Assembly: GCA_965662895.1 (NCBI GenBank)
Contig: CBFIJH010000015.1
Span: 1-35,928 of the forward strand
From: Candidatus Poseidoniaceae archaeon
GTDB lineage: Archaea; Thermoplasmatota; Poseidoniia; Poseidoniales; Poseidoniaceae
Direction of reading: 5' to 3'
DNA: 35,928 bases
The notes beneath the pieces are model-generated. The model was not told where the DNA came from and ran no database searches. It saw only the letters and a list, made by a program, of their open reading frames with translations. Shown here one piece after another: positions 34,628 through 35,928 of the stretch. Each line of letters begins with the position of its first letter. The first letter of the stretch is position 1. The position numbers and the translations under genes were made by a program.

Positions 34628-35926
34628 TCACTTACCTTTCTTGGCCTTGGTCTCAACGTGCCAAACGAAGTAGGTCTTCTCATCAAGAATCAATTCACTC
34701 TTGTAGACCATTCCAAACTCACTCGGTTCAATGGTTCCATCAAAGGTGAATTGAATCATCAACAAGCCATCGTTATTCGATTTGAGAACACCTGTTCCGT
34801 CTTGGACACCACCGAATTGAGTTGCCCCAAATCGCCTCTTGTTGACTTCAATGTTGGTCTCTCGAACTCTGACTTCGTAACCAGGGGACATCTCAGAACA
34901 GCGAATTCGTTCCTCGGTCTTGGTCTTCGTATTGTATGGAATCTTGACCGCTTTGAGAACAAAAGGATCGGTCATTGTACCAGAACCGCTCTGAATCGCA
35001 GGTGTTGCTGAAACATGTTCTGCCTGAACACCAACACGTTCCTTGCGTCGATTCAAAATCATTGGTACGACGAGAATGAAAGCGAGTGCAAGGAAGATGA
35101 ATGGGAAGCAAATTGGTTTGAATGGATTCTTGTCCTTTTCTGGAGCCTCTTCGTATGCTCTGTAGTTGTAACAAGTACCATCCGATTCAATCTTCGGAAC
35201 CGATGAACGGTTGTATGGATCGCCACCACATTCCAATTCGAACGAATCGTTGAATCCATCACCATCATCGTCAAAGTCAGCCTCAAACATACCGAGACGC
35301 GTGGCATTGTTTGGCAGACCGTCCAAGTCGTAATCTTCCTCAACTGAGAGATTGAATGTGGTCGATATCTGTGTTCCCGTCAACAAGTTCGTTGCCGTGA
35401 CCGTGTACTCGGTCAAGTTCGATGGAACAAGAGGCACACCGTAGACCGTACCGTTACCGTTTGATGTTCGTGCCATCGTATCGCCACCAAAGAACAAGCC
35501 ATACGGTAAAACAGGTGAAATCTCCCATATATCGACGGTCATTCCCGTAATGATTGGTTGGAGTGTGACGTTGCGCTGTCCTTGCAGCAACTCGAAGTCA
35601 CCTGTTCCGTAGGTGACGGACAAAACTTCGTTGAAGTCGCAAATGCCATCACCATCGCTATCGACCGGTGTATCGAATTCGTTCTTGGAATCGGTTGGAC
35701 CACAATCAGCTTCGTCCAAATCGGTCCAACCATCGTTGTCATCGTCCAGGTCCTCAATCAATCCAGTGGTCGATTCGCCCCACAATTCGTCAGGCATTCC
35801 GTCGCCATCGGTATCGAGGTAAGCAGCAGCATCATTCGGGAAGGCATCTATTCCTGCTTCACAGTAATCGACTGGAAGTGCAGGTGCAATCGGTCCATCG
35901 CAGATTCCATCACCATCGGTATCAGC
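34628..35926 (-). CDS. 3' part of a large surface protein (TSP3 repeats, putative Ig domain, TM, C-terminal domain); truncated by the window edge
   Basis: Frame stays open upstream of 35797 to the edge (ADTDGDGICD..DAFPND..LDTDGDGMPD); WEISPVLPYGL..GTVYGVP..YTVTATN (He_PIG-like); TM ICFPFIFLALAFILVVPMIL-NRRK. Confidence 0.85.
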   Translation of the reverse strand, partial: ADTDGDGICDGPIAPALPVDYCEAGIDAFPNDAAAYLDTDGDGMPDELWGESTTGLIEDLDDDNDGWTDLDEADCGPTDSKNEFDTPVDSDGDGICDFNEVLSVTYGTGDFELLQGQRNVTLQPIITGMTVDIWEISPVLPYGLFFGGDTMARTSNGNGTVYGVPLVPSNLTEYTVTATNLLTGTQISTTFNLSVEEDYDLDGLPNNATRLGMFEADFDDDGDGFNDSFELECGGDPYNRSSVPKIESDGTCYNYRAYEEAPEKDKNPFKPICFPFIFLALAFILVVPMILNRRKERVGVQAEHVSATPAIQSGSGTMTDPFVLKAVKIPYNTKTKTEERIRCSEMSPGYEVRVRETNIEVNKRRFGATQFGGVQDGTGVLKSNNDGLLMIQFTFDGTIEPSEFGMVYKSELILDEKTYFVWHVETKAKKGK

Positions 35927-35928
35927 AT

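Overview
Gene-dense archaeal chromosomal window. L7Ae/S28e/L24e, aIF5B, EF-1alpha, GINS and PolB are all archaeal. The many acidic TSP3-repeat/PKD surface proteins and the C-terminal PPLPxxGLPxGW..EQW..YG motif point to Marine Group II Thermoplasmatota (Ca. Poseidoniales); this taxonomy is inference. Contents in order: tRNA-Ile(GAT), prs, the rpl7ae-rps28e-rpl24e-ndk-infB cluster, an orphan MoxR ATPase, a Soj/ParA ATPase followed by a small RHH-like gene and a coupled degenerate PIN-like gene, a propeller/TSP3 membrane protein, an 837-aa non-heptad coiled-coil protein, a triple Zn-ribbon + ArsR + P1B-ATPase group, a HAD phosphatase, a PIN-TPR fusion, tRNA-Leu(CAA), a 2.1-kaa surface protein, GINS, rps10, tuf, a PKD lipoprotein, polB, a PGF-CTERM-like surface protein, ilvE and a TSP3 protein cut by the window edge. 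No transposase, integrase or CRISPR array was seen. The best candidate for an undescribed system is the ParB-less ParA + RHH + PIN-like module with repeats at the RHH promoter, possibly together with the nearby right-handed coiled-coil protein. Other notable signals are an L7Ae K-turn over its own SD/start codon, a Zn-free L24e, a perfect SD-masking hairpin at the giant surface gene, and recurrent TTCAA-type TATA variants. All calls come from motif reading by eye; no searches were run.
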